Below the pieces are notes generated by a model, which saw only the letters and a list, made by a program, of their open reading frames with translations, ran no database searches and was not told where the DNA came from. The position numbers were made by a program, and so were the translations under genes. A DNA stretch of 64,000 nt. Origin: the human T2T-CHM13v2.0 reference genome, Homo sapiens. Numbering within the stretch: the stretch's first letter is position 1; every line of letters starts with the position of its first letter. Location of the stretch: the NCBI RefSeq assembly GCF_009914755.1, contig NC_060925.1; one strand, written 5' to 3'. Positions 1 to 14,087 of this stretch are shown one piece after another.

Positions 1-1690
1 AGTGATGTGCCATGTTCATTGTTAGCAAAAAGCAATGTCATCAAAAGAGCAATTCTGTTCCGATGTGGCAAACTTAACTGCCAAGACTAGACAAAATTTT
101 TTAAAGAGCAGGTAACAACTTGCTTTTACAGATAACAACTTTGCAGGGACATGAATGGAGCTAGAAGCCATTGTCCTCAGCAAACTAATGCAGGAACAGA
201 AAACCAAACACCACATGTTCTCACTTATAAGTGGGAGCTGAACAATGAGAACACATAGACACAGGGAGGGGGACAACACCCACTAGGGCCTGTTGGGGGT
301 GGGATGGAGGAGGGGGAGAGCAGTAAGAAAAATAGCTAATGCATGCTGGACTTAGTACCTAGGTGATGGGCTGATAGGTGCAGCACACCACCATGGCACA
401 TGTTTATCTTTGTAACAGACCTGCATATCCTGCACGTGTACCCCAGAACTTAAAATTAAAATTAAGAAAACTATAGTTATTAAGGCATGATGGTATTGGT
501 ACTGAGTTATATACAGTAAACCAATGAAATAACAAAGAAAGATCAGTAATAGTCTCAGATAAAAAAGAAATCTTGATGTGTGACAAATTAGCATTTAAAA
601 AGAACAGTTTTTTTAAATGGTGCTGGAAAAAAACTGGCTATGTATAAACACAATGAATAAAATTAGTCCATTTCCTCAAACCAACTTAACTATGAATCCC
701 AAGTCTATTAAATACTAACTTTTAAAATATGAAAGTAATATAGGAGAAAATCTTTATGAACTCAGGGAAAGGAAGAAATACACCATAAGAAGAAAATACT
801 GATCCATTTAACTTAATAAACGTAAGCATATTTGAAAAAAAAAAAAAAAAAAGGACTTGCGAAAGTAAAAAGCAAGTCAGAGACTGGGGAAATTTATCTG
901 TAACACATATAACCAAACTAGATTGGCATTTAGAATAGATTGAAGCTTCCCAGAGAAAGACATCCCAAGAGAAAATTGGAAAGAAAAGAATAGGCATTTC
1001 ATATAAGTGATAGTTCATTCAAATGGCTACAAGAATGTAATGCAGCAGAGCCCTCAGGAAATGTTGGTGAGTAAGTAATTTTGTGTAACTAATTTGGAGG
1101 GTAGTTTAGCAATGTACAGTAAAGCAGTTTTACTCCTTGATATTGATATTTTAATGGCAACATTATAATAATTTTATAATAATGAAAGCCAGAAACAACT
1201 CAAATGACACTGGAAAAGAAGATAGGTAAACTGTGGCGCCTTATTACTGTGGAATCCTGTTCGCTGTGACACCAACTTGGATAAATGTATCTCCCAAAAG
1301 CATTTAGTAAAAATAAGTAAATAAAGTAAATAAAGAGGAATTTTCAGAGACACAATACGTTATTATACCAGTTCTGCACTGTTAAGGCATATGTAAGTAA
1401 TGCGTATTATTTCTGTATACACAGAGTTGTAGTAAATTTCAAAAAAAAAAATGCCTGAGAAAGGTAAATATAAAATTTAGGATAGTGTTTACTCTGAGGA
1501 GAGCAACTGAGAAAGAAATGGTATTAGGGAAGGTTTCAGTGGAATCTGTATTGTTTTATTTGAAAATAACTGAAACAAGAAAAAGTGCTAATATTTGAAG
1601 GGCTGAGTGTTGAGCATGGATTTTTAAATATTATATACATAGCATTATCATATATAATGACATTTCAGAGTATAAAAGAAAAAATAAAAT
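1..1690 (+). mobile_element. Old, degraded L1M(E) ORF2/3' fragment, interrupted by L1PA at 140-470
   Basis: Degenerate L1 ORF2 motifs (ctatagttattaaggcatgatggtattgg; aaatggtgctggaaaaaaactgg) on both sides of the younger insert. Confidence 0.6.
140..470 (+). mobile_element. L1PA (L1PA8-13-like) 3' end
   Basis: Canonical L1 3' sequence (catgttctcacttataagtgggagctgaacaatgagaacac...gtaccccagaacttaaaa) and A-rich tail. Confidence 0.9.
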
Positions 1691-2859
1691 TAAAATCAAC
1701 CATATAAAGATATTCAATCTTGTTTAAAAAGAGTAACTAAAGCACTGAGATGTTACTTTTACTTATAAAATTAGAAAAGCATTTAAAAAAATAACTAGCA
1801 AACTTACGTTGAAATATATTTCTCATAAACTTCATTGTAACTGCAAATTGGTAAAAATATTCTGGAAATTAATTTGGTAGTTCTTTTGCCTCATAACTTG
1901 TAAGTTAGTATTGTTTTTACTTCCATAACTCTGTTACAAGTAAATTATTAGAAACACACTTTAAGGAGTATCAGCATGTACTATAGTAACACATACATCA
2001 TGTATATCTATATATTTTGATTATTGGTGTAGATGCGGGTATATGTGTGTATATGTTTGTGTGTTTGCTAACTTGTTTTTCTCACTCTTGTCACCATGCC
2101 ACCAGCATGTGGAATAGTGACTGGTGTCTAGTTATGCTCAATACATACTAATTGTAGAATGATGTATTATGGAAATATAATGAGACAAATAATCAAAAAA
2201 TTAAGACAGCTTTGAGAAGTAATGTAATTATTGACAAAGGAAATAAATAACTTGATTCAAACTAATTTAGTGTAGTGAAACGAAACAATGCCAACTATCA
2301 GCTTATAAGTGGATTTTGTTGCAGAAGGTGGGCTACTGCATACAAAGAACCTATTTAAAACAAACAAACTAACTACCCTTCCAAAAATTATCTGAAATGA
2401 TTTTTACTGAAGAGTAAATATTCACTTTTTTTAAAATCATGAACTGATATGTTGTTAATAGTAGACTGTGTTTACATCAAACAAAAATAAATGAGACAGC
2501 TAAATAAGTTTGCAATACTTAGTACTATTCTAAATTTTGGCCACAAGCAGAACTAGTTTGATATTTCCTACTCACAAGAATAAGATTAAATTATGTTTTT
2601 ATGTCTAGTTGTTTGGGGGGACCAAAGTACCAGACATATATATACAATTAAGAGGAAGGTCTGTGAAGAACAAAAAACAATTAGGAAAATGGAATAATTT
2701 AATTCCTAAGTAAAATTAAGTTGACAAAATTGTGTATTGTCTGGTTAAGGGATAATGAAGAACAAACCATCCATGTTGTATGTGTGAAGGATAGTTTCAA
2801 GTAAGAATGTGACTTGAAGAAAATAAGAGCTATATTAGTAAAACAATAATGTTCAAAAT

Positions 2860-3345
2860 TAATATTTATATTGACATCAACAGTATTATATTATGTTCAG
2901 AATGTACCCTGATATGGTGTGATGAAGAGGACATTTTACCTATAGGATTGTCATCCTCAAAATCCATAACCCCAGTCTAATAATCAGAAAAACTTCAGAC
3001 AAATTCCAATCATGAGTAGTGAGAGAGGAGTCTAAGAAATTACCTGACTAATACTGCTCAAAACTTTTGAGGTCATCAAAAATAACCAAGAGGACCTAGG
3101 GATATATGACAAGTAAATCTAATGTAGTATCCTGGATGGGATCTTAGAATAGAAAAAGGCATGAATTTAAAACTAAAGAAATCTGAATAAACATTGGGCT
3201 TTAGTTAATAACAATGTACCAACATTAACTCATTGATTACAACAAATACTAATGTAACATGCTAATAATAGGGAAAACTGGTAGAGGGATATGGAAACCT
3301 GCATTATCTTCTCAATTTTTCAGTAAATCTAAAACTTCTAAAAAT
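2860..3345 (+). mobile_element. L1MC-type 3'UTR fragment
   Basis: atcctggatgggatcttagaatagaaaaagg...taaatctaaaact, characteristic of L1MC 3' ends. Confidence 0.7.
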
Positions 3346-3754
3346 AATATTAAAATTATTTATGTTATTAGTAACAAGTTCTGAGTGTTTGGATTGTCCG
3401 TATGTTTTTCAACATATAGTGGAAATTTATTAGCTTCAATATTGAAAATAATGCCATGGAGTGGATGGTGTGGATTTGTAATTCTGTGGTTGAGAATTGT
3501 GAGAAAATCATTCATTTGGTCTCCCCCAATCATGAATAGTCTTCCTTTAAAAATGACCTTCTAGTATAAGGTATTATACTGAAAGCAGAGAGAAAAATGA
3601 ACATAATTTCTTTGGATTCTTAAAGCACAGTTACTTCTTTCTAGTTAGTTTTTTTTTTGTATCCTAATAAACTATCAGTGGAAATTATTTGACTCTTATG
3701 AATGGTTATACTGCCACATGGGCCTGCATCATGAGTGGATAAAATTGCTGGTCT

Positions 3755-4052
3755 GGCCGGGCACGGTGGCTCATGCCTGTAATCCCAGCACTTTGGGAGG
3801 CCGAGGCAGGCAGATCACCTGAGTTCAGGAGTTCGAAACCAGTCTTGCCAACGTGGCGAAACCCCGTCTCTACTAAAGATACAAAAATTAGCCGGGCATG
3901 TTGGTGGGCGCCTGTAATCCCAGCTACTTGGGGGGCTGAGGCAGGAGAATTGCTTGAACCAGGAGTTGGAGGTTGCAGTGAGCCAAGATTGTGCCATTAC
4001 ACTCCAACCTGGGTGACAGAGCAAGACTCCATCCAAAAAAAAAAAAAAAAAA
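3755..4052 (+). mobile_element. AluS (Sx/Sz-like), full length
   Basis: Dimeric Alu, poly(A), TSD aaaattgctggtct / aaaattgctggttt. Confidence 0.95.
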
Positions 4053-6472
4053 ATTGCTGGTTTCTCACACTGTAAAACCTTCTTAGTAACAAACTGAATG
4101 ACTTGATTATGTTCACATCGTTGTCAAATTGCAGAAATCTGTGCAAAAATCCCCTGAGAAAGAGCTCTCCCTTTTGAAATGTGTCAGTGAAGATTTAGAT
4201 ATAGATGTGGATATAATTGTGAATAAAAATTGCTACATATAGGTTATCTGCAATGTTGAGAAAAAGGATGACATATCATTTCAACCCAATTAAAATAGCC
4301 TCTATCTAAAAGTTACTTTTTAAAAGCATGTTGATGACATTTTCAAATAATATGCTCAATGTTTTCTTCAACCTCCACGTATATTTTCCAGAGAAGTACC
4401 TTTAAACTGAAATAAATAATCCCATTGTTAGGTGACAAAATAATAAAAATACACTTCAGAGTAATCCAAAAGTCAGGAAACACAGGGAAAATAAAATAAT
4501 TTTCAAGGGATTAGAGGACACACAAGGTCACTACAAGGACAATATTGGAAGTCAAATGGAAGTTAGACCCACAAAATGTCCAGGGAAGGGTATTCTGGGC
4601 TTTTGGATCAGCATGTGCAAAATTGCTGAGCTAAAGTAGCATAATGATTTCATGAAAGTCCACCAAATTCATTATTACTTAAAATATGATTAAAGCGAAC
4701 AGAATAATAGTGAATTAAATTAGTGCTTCTTAGGTTAAATATGTGACTCAACCACTTTTTAGCTGTATGAAGTGAGCAAGATATTTGATCTTTCTTTGCC
4801 TGAGTTTTCAATTCTAAAATTGAGGCAAGGCTAGCAATAATTCTGTAGCATCTTGAGGACTACAAAGTTAGTATAAAGAGAGCATGTAGAGAAATGCCTA
4901 GGGAACTTCCAATTTAGGTTAAGATTTAGAAAATTATAGAAGAAGAAGGTTTTTCTAACAACGAGAAAAGTCTTCTTGGTTTTAAAATCCATTCAAGACC
5001 TGGCAAAGCAAAGACACTTACATGAACTGAAATCTAGAAATGTATTAAGAGTCCCTGGGCTGCTTTTGATCTCAGAGAAGCAGCAAGAGAAATGAATCTG
5101 ACATTGAAGGGGTAAGAAGAAATGAGCCAACTTTTAATCAACTTTAAATATCTACATGACAGCTCATGTACTGGCTTAGAATCCTGAAGATCCCCACCTT
5201 CACAATCAGTCTGCATCCACCCATTGACTTTTTCCAGTGGGCCTTCACTGATGGTACAGAACCTTTTCCAGTATGAGGCCGAGGGCATGGGTGAAAATCT
5301 GAGACATATCTGAGGAAGCTGAGCAAAATTCCTTTAGAAAACTTTAGGTCTTCACTGAGTGCAAAGCAGAAGAGTCCAAAGGCTGCAGAGGAGCAGGAGA
5401 GCTGAGTACAACCCCTTGGAAGTACTCTGGAAGTTACCAAATACAAGTAGTAACTGCTTAAGGCTTTAAAGTAACTGCTTAAAACTGAGAGACATTCCCT
5501 TGAGGTCAGCTGCACAGCGAGGCTGATTGAAGCTGGGGTAGTACTGAGAAGGTGCACCTAGGGTGTGATAATCCAGGAGTAGGGCTGGAGAGAACTTGAA
5601 TTTTCCAGTGACTTTAAGAGCTCATAGCAAGTTTATAAAGCAATTAAAGATCTCCCACAATGTGGAAACCAGTTGAGTGGGCTTCAGCCAAAAGAAATAT
5701 CTGGAGTCTTGCTGGTGCTAAGTTCCCAAGTTCTGATGAAAGGAAAGTCCTGATTTCACCCTCAGTGGTTAACTGAATCAGGGATGTAAAAAGCCCAAAT
5801 AGAGCTCAAATTTAGGTAAGATGAACTCATCCCCACACTGGCAGCCTGACAAAAGAAGGAGTGTACTCATTTCTGGGAGAATATGTTGTTACTTTCAGTC
5901 CCAACTCTTCTTTGAACACAGTGTTCAGCATAAAATAGACACTAACAAAATGTTGAAGCAGCAATGACTTTGATCATCTAAAAAGGAAACAGTCAATAGA
6001 CACAAACCTGGATATAGTACAGATGCCAGTATTATTAGATTAAAAAAAATTTAAATAACTATAATAAATATTCCAAGAAATGTAGCAGAAAAGGTAGACA
6101 ATGTGAATCAACACATGTGTGACATTTCAGCAGAGCAGCAGAAGCTATAAGAAGAATCCAGTGTAAATATTAGACTCAAAAATATGATGTAAGATATGGA
6201 AAATTCAGTCCATAAATTTAATAGTGGAATGGATGGATGAATGAGAAGAATGAATGAGTGAATTTTAAGATAGGTGAATGGAAATTGTTTAAGCTAAAAT
6301 GCAAGTAGGAAATAGAGTATAAAAATGGAATTGAATGCCTGGGAACTGGGTGACAGTATCAAACAGTCTCAATTAGTGTAATTAGAATTTCCTTAGGAGA
6401 GACAGAATGAGGAAGAAGAATATTTGAATAACTGATGGCCTATGGTTTTTCACAAATTAAAAAGAGACAGCA

Positions 6473-6761
6473 GGCCAGGCATGCTGGCTCATGAATGTAA
6501 TCCCAACACTTTGGGAGGCTGAGGCGGGTAGATCACTTGAGCCTAGGCATTTGAGTTCAGCCTGACGAACATGGGGAAACCCTGTCTCTATGAAAAAATA
6601 CAAAAATTAGCCAGGTGTGTTGGCTGGCACCTGTTATCTCAGCTACTTGGGAGGCTTTTGCAGGAGAATTGTTTGAACCCAGGAGGTGGAAGTTGTAGGG
6701 AGCCAAGATTGTGCCTCTGCTCTGCAGCCTGGGTGACAGAGTGAAACTCCATTTCAAAAAA

Positions 6762-6810
<49 letters not shown>

Positions 6811-6813
6811 AAC
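6473..6813 (+). mobile_element. Alu (Jb/S-like) with (CA)n in its tail
   Basis: Dimeric Alu; TSD core agagacagca at ~6463-6472 and ~6816-6825 brackets the CA repeat. Confidence 0.9.
6763..6806. repeat. (CA)22 microsatellite
   Basis: Directly visible. Confidence 0.97.
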
Positions 6814-7091
6814 AGAGAGACAGCAATCTACAGATCTAATAACTTCAGGAAACCCTAAGCAGTCTAAATACAAAGAAAACCACACTGTATGCGTTATAGT
6901 CGAAATGCTATAACCAAAGATGAGAAGAAAATCTTAAAAGCAGCCAGAAAATGAAAGGCACACATCATTAGTAGGCGAACAAAGATAAGAAGGACGGCTA
7001 ACTTTACATCAGACCCAATGGAAGCCAAAAGACATTGGAACCACATTTTCAAAGTGCTGAGAAATAATACATGGGAAAAGTATTTTTCTCA

Positions 7092-7670
7092 ACAGTGGCG
7101 ATAAGTTCTGAGAAATGTGTTCTTAGGCGATTTTATTATTAGGTGAACAGCATAGAGTGCACTTACACAAGCCAAGATGGTATAGCCCAGTATAAACCTA
7201 GGCTATGTGTTATAGCCTATTGCTCCTAGGCTACAAACCTGTGCAGCATGTTACTGTGCTGAATGCTGTAAGCAATTGTAACACAATGGTAAGTATCTGT
7301 GTATCTCAACATAGAAAAGTCAAAGTAAAAAATATAGTAGAAAATATAAAAAATAGCACATGTCTAAAGTACACTAACAGTGAATCAAGCTTGCAGGACT
7401 GCAAGTTGCTCTAGGTGAGTCAGTGAGTGGGTGGTGAATGAATGTGAAGGCTTAGGACATTACTGTACACTACTGTAGACATTATAAACATTGTCTACAT
7501 AGGCTACACTAAATTTATTTTAAAAATAAAGTAATTGTGCTATGATGTTACAAAGGCTATGGTGTCACTAGACAATAAGATATTTTCAGCTCCATTATAA
7601 TCTTATGGGACCATCATCATATATGCAATCTGTAGTTGACTGAATCATAATTATGCATTCCAAGATGGTA
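7092..7670 (-). mobile_element. Tigger3 (MER7/GOLEM)-type TcMar DNA transposon relic
   Basis: ccattataatcttatgggacc end and gcctattgctcctaggctacaaacctgtgcagcatgttactgt body. Confidence 0.85.
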
Positions 7671-8116
7671 TGTTAACCTAGAATTCTACATCTAGAAAAA
7701 ATGAGTATTAAATAAGATATTAAGGCAGACAAAAGCTAAAATAATTTGTCAACAGCCAACTTGCACTAAGATGAAATACTGAAGAAAGTGATTTATGCTG
7801 AAAGAAAATTACACCAGATGAAAAGCTCCTACATGGAGAAAAAAAATGACCAACAATAAGGGTAATTATGTAGGTAAAAACAAAGAACTTTTTTTGTGAA
7901 ATACACATATGTGTTTATTTATCTATCTTTTAAGCCCTGTGCAAAGATTGTATATAATGGTGTACTGTGAGATTCATAGCACATGAACAGTATCTTATGT
8001 AATACTTAATGAAGTCCTGGAAAAATAAGAGATACCATTTTTGGAGCACCTCCTGTGTGGCAGGTAATGCGAAATGTAACTTTATTCATTTTAACTCAGG
8101 TAATCCTACGATAGCC

Positions 8117-8119
<3 letters not shown>

Positions 8120-8147
<28 letters not shown>

Positions 8148-8433
8148 GTTGAGACGGAGTCTAGCTCTGTCACCCAGGCTGGAGTGCAGTGGCACGATCT
8201 TGGCTCACTGCAAGCTCTGCCTCCCAGGTTCATGCCGTTCTCCTGCTTCAGCCTCCTGAGTAGCGGGGACTACAGGTGCCCACCAGCACACCTGGCTAAT
8301 TTTTTGTACTTTTTTAGTAGAGACAGAGTTTTACCGTGTTAGCCAGGATGGTCTCGATCTCCTGACCTTGTGATCTGCCCGCCTCGGCCTCCCAAAGTGC
8401 TGGGATTACAGGCGTGAGCCACTGCGCCTGGCC
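8120..8433 (-). mobile_element. AluY-like, inserted in a MIR
   Basis: Poly(T), gcaagctctgcc and gccaggatggtctcgatctc diagnostics, imperfect TSD atagcc. Confidence 0.93.
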
Positions 8434-11400
8434 AATAGCCTAAATATTATAACAAACCAAGGCTCAGATGAGTGAAGTAACTTGGCAATATTCTACAGCC
8501 ACTAACTTGCAGAGTGAGGATTTTAGCTCTTGCTCCCTTGTATACTAAAATGCATAAATAAGATTTTAACATTATTTACATGAACAGAAGACAGAAAATA
8601 ACGATTTTATGTATAGGAAACTTTAACAAATTACAGTGTTTCCATTTAATGGAATTTGGCAGCTGTTAAATAGAATGGGGTACATACATGTAAGTGTGAT
8701 GACCTGGAACAATATTCATGACATATAATTTTGAATGGAAAAAATCAGGTTGAGTATAGGAACCTATATGTTTCCACATGCATATGTACATATATGTATG
8801 CTTTTATGCACAGACATAAACAGATATACACACATAAAGAATATCTCTTAACTATGTATAGACTACTAATAGATTTTAAATTTCGGAAGACGTATTTTAG
8901 AATTTGTGAGTTAGGGATTTTTTACTGCACTTTATTTATTTTTTTTACTTCACTTTCCGTTAGCACTGTTTGCACTTTTCCACATACTAGGGCTTTTTTC
9001 AATGTAAAAATATCCAAGTTTTTAAATAAAAAATACTTTTGCTGATTTATTGCACAAAATTTGAGGATTTACAATATGAACTTATTGGGATAGAGGTCAT
9101 ATTTTATGTTTTTCTTTTCTTTGAACTTGCACAATTCCCTGATAGGTAGGCACTAATATTTGTTGAACTTTCAATTAAAAGGACGTTGGTCATGTTGAAG
9201 AGCAAAATTTCATTGAACTATTGGTAAAAGAGACAAACACAGAAGTAAGTAGGATGGCTTAGAATAACATGTAGTGTGGGAGATGATATTTGAACAGCTA
9301 ATTACTGGATGAGTGCTATTCTAGGGGCTGGGATACAAGGTATATCACTATAGGCAGCAAGAATGGTACCCACAGAGATGGAGAGGGAGAAAAGTACAGC
9401 TATGTGTTGGAGTAATAGAATCTTTTGGGGGAAATAATGAACTGGTAAAGTAAGTGGTGCTGTACTGTGGAGTGGAGGGAAGTGATTGATAACTTTTGAA
9501 CAAGGTGAACTTCAAACATAACATAGCTTCATAGCTTTAGGAAGATTAATCCAGCAAGAAGTTCTTCTTCTTTTTTATTTATATTTTTTTGGAAGCATGT
9601 TTCGAAGACAATTCTTTTTTCTATTACAAAGGCTTATTTTTTTCATTTTCTCTTCTTTTATATTCTCCCAGACACCTCACCTATGTTCTTGCTCAACTTC
9701 TTAGTTTTTTCCTTTCTCTCCTCTGCTGGCACTTCTGCCCCTGCCTCGGGTATGACAGTAACAGCCCAGAGACACCCACATGCTTTTATGAGCCACTCTG
9801 CTTACTCTTAGAACAAGCATTTTCACACACTTCTGTTGAATATATCATGTCTCTTTTCTGCATGACTTTTTTTTGAAACTTCTGTCCACGTGGACATGCG
9901 ACTGTGATGGGAAACACTGTGGCTCTTTAGGGGAGAAAAGCACCCACAAGACTGGAAACCAAAAGAGTTTTCAAGCTTCTACTCTGCAAAGTCACAGGAC
10001 TGTGTTTGGAAAGCCAAATATTCTGGTTGAGCTATAGTTTCTTTCATCAGCAAAAACAAGATAACCTTAACGCCTAGAATACCTCTCACATCACTACTCT
10101 TCTCCTCACTGTCAGTTCACGGGCCTAACCCCTAGTCACTCTTAGTATCTCAGATTATTAATATACCACTGCCTCCAGGGAGCCTTCTCTGACTTCCCAT
10201 ACCTAGGTTACTCCTACCTAGCTCTCAACCGTAGAATTCTCTCATTACACTGAATTGCAATGGCTGGTTTGTCTATGTTCTTTCTTAGACTGTAAATTTC
10301 ATATGGTTTTGTATCATATCTTTCATATTTATCCATTATGGCCGGTACCTAGCTTAGTGGCTAGAAATTAGTAGACTGTCAGTAAATATTTGTCAAATGA
10401 TTGAATGAATAATATGATAAGAATTTATGGTATTTCATCTTTGTTTATATGAAACTAAATGCCTCGGAAATTTTGATATGCCTTTAATATTTTACTGTAT
10501 TCTTATACTTCTAAAGCATTTTGCTCTCCCTCCTCCTGCACTAGAAAGCCACCGTGCTATTCGCTTCTGATTTCACAATCGAGTTTGTAAAAGACACTAT
10601 TTGAATCAAATGGATCTCTTTAGAGTTGCTTTTTGGTTTGGGTTCATCACCATCTGAAATAAATATGAAGGGGAAAAGGGATAATTTGAGGACACTAGTT
10701 TAAAATAGCCTAATTAACAGTCTTGATAAAGTGTTTGAAAAAATTACTTCACATTCTTTCTACATTTTCTACATTCTAATTATTCTAACCTTCATTGTAC
10801 AGGAAGATATTAAAGATTTACTAAGATGAGGTTCAGAAGTGTTGTCCCAGTAGAAGACTGTTAAGAAGCTCTCATTGTCATAAGCTCTCATTGGAATTCC
10901 AAACAGCTCTTCTGTAGCTTCTGTAAAATTAGCTAATCATGCTGTTCTTGGATTCCCAGTTTTGGTTCTCCATTTCCTGTGTACGGTCCTGGAAGAGGCT
11001 CTTCACTATTGGACTTCCCTATAAGGTTGAGCTCAAGGAGCCTAAGATGGTTGTCCCTCCAAAGAGAGGGTTTGCAGGAGCAACTAGAAGTAGTTTGCCC
11101 TTCTTCTGCAAGGCTTTTTCAACTGTGAAATCATTTTGACAAGATGCTTTGTCATATGCTTGACATCTTTTTTTCTTTTTTAATGAGGAAGTGACTGAGA
11201 GATAATTTAATCTGAAATGCTGCCACCTACGTAGCTAGAGATTAATTGGATACTGTCTGAAAAATTATTTGAGCACCTCAGAGACAGAGTCTAAGTAAAC
11301 AGAAAGTGGTGTTAATAAAGTAGAGACAAATTATGACTCTTCCCCATCTACTTAACCAGGTTGTTGGCAAACCGCTCCTGTTTCTGAGTATCCTTAAATA

Positions 11401-11659
11401 GGCTAAAATGACAATTTGATATTGCAGCAAGTGTGGATTTTACACAACTAGGATATTGTTGTCTCCTTCTAGCACAGTTATGAATTTGGCTACCTTTCTC
11501 TTGGAAGCTTATTTTGTACAGGAAGGAAAACAGTAATTTAACCACAATGGACTTTGTTGAAAAACATAATGCTATTAACGAAGTAAGTGTGTAGTCTTTT
11601 CAGCTTTGAAATTTTTCCTCAAGATCTCCAAAAGATCTTTATTTTAAAATGTTTCTGGA

Positions 11660-12076
11660 TGTATTCGTTCTTTCTTGTGTTTCTATAATTGAATACCTGA
11701 GACTGAGTAATTTATAAAGAAAAGAGGTTTAATCGTTCACGGTTCTGCAGGCTGTACAAGCATGGCACCACCATCTGCTCAGCTTCTGGTGAGGGCCTGA
11801 GAAAGCTCACAGTCATGATGGAAGGTGAAGCGAGAGCAGGCATACCACTTGGTGACAGCAGGAGCAAGAGAGAGAGGAGGTGCCATACTCTTTTAAACAA
11901 CCAGGTATTCCATGAACTAACTGAATGAGAATTTACTCATCACCAAGGGGACGGTGATAAGCCATTCATGAGGGTACTGCCCTCAGGATAAGGTACCTCC
12001 CACCAGGCCCCACCTCCAACATTGGAAATTACATTGGAACATGAGATTTGGAGGGAAAAATATCCAAACCACATCA
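11660..12076 (-). mobile_element. MST (MSTA/B) MaLR solo LTR
   Basis: taatttataaagaaaagaggtttaat...ggccccacctccaacattgg...catgagatttggagg; TG...CA ends. Confidence 0.88.
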
Positions 12077-12127
12077 CCAGGATATAACTCCAACAGTGTA
12101 GAACACTGTTATTAGAATGGAAGAAAC

Positions 12128-12290
12128 AGCTAGGTGTGGTGGTGTGTGACTGTTGTCCCAGCTACTCAGGAGGTTAAGGTGGGAGGATCACTTGAGCCCT
12201 GGAGTTTGAGGTTGCAGTGAGGTATGATGGCACCACTGCACTCCAGTCTGGGCAACAGAGCAAATCTTGTCCCTAAAAATTATTTTTGAA
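12128..12290 (+). mobile_element. Alu right monomer (FRAM-like)
   Basis: Single right-arm monomer with J-type ggaggatcacttgagccc. Confidence 0.8.
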
Positions 12291-12875
12291 AAATAAAGTG
12301 AAACATGGGAACAGGACAGTGGTGGGCATTGTGTAGGGGCACTCACATCCCACACTGACATATGTCAGAGCCAGTGGCACAGAGTACACACCGTGTACAT
12401 CTTCTATCCTTGGGCAGCTGTGCTCTGAGGAAGCAAGGGGAAAGTTGAAAGGGATCTTATAAAAAAGGCCTCTATAACATAAAACCTTCTCATATAACAG
12501 GAAATATTATAAGTAAACTCCAGTTCATACATTTTTATGAGCCTATACTTTCACCAGTCTAAATTTGTTGGATGGAGGAAGACAGGATATCCCTATATTT
12601 ATGGAGATCTTGAAGTTAAGTTGATTTTTGCTGAACATTTCTCTTATTTATTATGAACTTGATGAGGGAACAGAAACTATTTCTCTACTAAGGAAAAATG
12701 TAAATTCCAGCTCAATGATAAATTGCAAATGACACTTGGCTTCAGTGTTGGGAAGGCATGAGGGGACGGTGGGGGCTGTGGCACACTGGGAATCCAGCCA
12801 TCCCAAAGGGGAGACCCTACTCAGCTCATGATTGTCAGCATCACACATGAACAGGGTATAATACTGGCAAAATCT

Positions 12876-13155
12876 TATTATTATTATTATTGAGACAGGG
12901 TCTTTCTCTGTTACCCAGGTTGGAGTACAGTGGTGCAATCATGACTCACTGCAGCCTCAGCTTTCTGGGCTCAAGCAATCCTCCCAAGTAGCTGGGGCTA
13001 CAGGCACATGCCACCACCTGGCTAATTTTTTAAATGTTTGTAGAGATGAGGGTCTCACTATATTGCCCAGGCTAGTCTTGAACTCCGGGCCTTAAGCGTT
13101 CCTCCTTGGCCTTTCAAAGTGGTGGGATTACAGGCATGAGCCACCACACCTGGCT
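12876..13155 (-). mobile_element. AluJ
   Basis: J diagnostics (gggctcaagcaatcctccc), (TTA)n tail. Confidence 0.9.
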
Positions 13156-14087
13156 CCCTATTATTTTAAGAGAAAGAAGGCAAAAGGTTTTCACTTGAAA
13201 TCTCCTGATCTTAAAGATTGCCTCCCCAAAACATGTTATGTCACCTGTGAGATTTCCTCACTTAGATTTTTGCCTTGAACCCTCTCTAGCTCTGTATTTG
13301 CCACTGCGTGATGTAAATTTTCAGTGAGCCCTTTTGCTCTCTCCTAGAACTTGACCTCCACAATGCTAAACTGAGTACCCTGTCAACACTAGAAGATTGC
13401 TCTTCCACCTAATGTTTTCTGTCAGTCGGTGATCTGCCATACTCCTTGCAATGTTATTTTCAAATTCTTTAGTATTGGTAGGTACGGTCTGTATTGTTTC
13501 TTTATAATTGTCTCAAAATTAGTTTTCCCTTTCTGTCTCCACCAAGCACTTACCTAGGGGTACTCTCATTAACTTACTCCTGAACTAATGCAATAGCTCT
13601 GCTGTTTTTACTCATTGCAGGAGAGAAATTTGGTGTGCTCACTGTAGGCTAGACACCTTACAAAGTGCTTGGGAAACAAAACTGTAAGCCACGTCCCCAC
13701 ACACAGGTTCCCATCCTGCTGTTTCTCTTTCCAAATGCTTGAATATCAGATTTGTCATTCTCAGTTTCTATATTGATCATGCCCTCTAGCAATATCTATA
13801 AATCTCTCTTGCTATCAGATGCAACCTAAACTGTTTAGCCTAGTGTTCAAGGATTTACTCTGGCTGTGGTCTGTGCTTTGCTTGGTCTTCATTTATCATA
13901 GTGCCTTCTGGGGACAAGGGGATCATTCTTTCTTAGCTCTCAACTTGTACCGCCACAAACCCCATCCAGTGTCAGTCCCTTTTACTTTCAGCCATCATCC
14001 CCTGATGCCTGCCCATACACACAAGAACAATAGAAAATGTTGAGTTCTTTTCTGTCTGTGGGAACTTGATCATGACACAATTTAGAA

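Larger units (their letters stand above)
4900..8000 (+). mobile_element. Old L1M 5'UTR/ORF1 remnant, interrupted by an Alu and Tigger3
   Basis: ORF1-like segments (gaagaaaatcttaaaagcagccaga; atggaagccaaaagacattggaaccacattttcaaagtgctga; ttaacctagaattctacatctag); 5' boundary uncertain. Confidence 0.6.

Noticed and set aside
5034-5557. 84-aa and 137-aa minus-strand ORFs
   Set aside because: No recognisable domain; lie in a probable old L1 5' region
10866-10893. Short direct repeats (aagctctcattg x2; similar cases at 5449-5482, 21470-21499, 46875-46909)
   Set aside because: Isolated two-copy slippage duplications; no array or spacer structure, so not CRISPR-like
12660-12870. Possible old DNA-transposon fragment split by AluJ
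   Set aside because: Family could not be assigned with confidence
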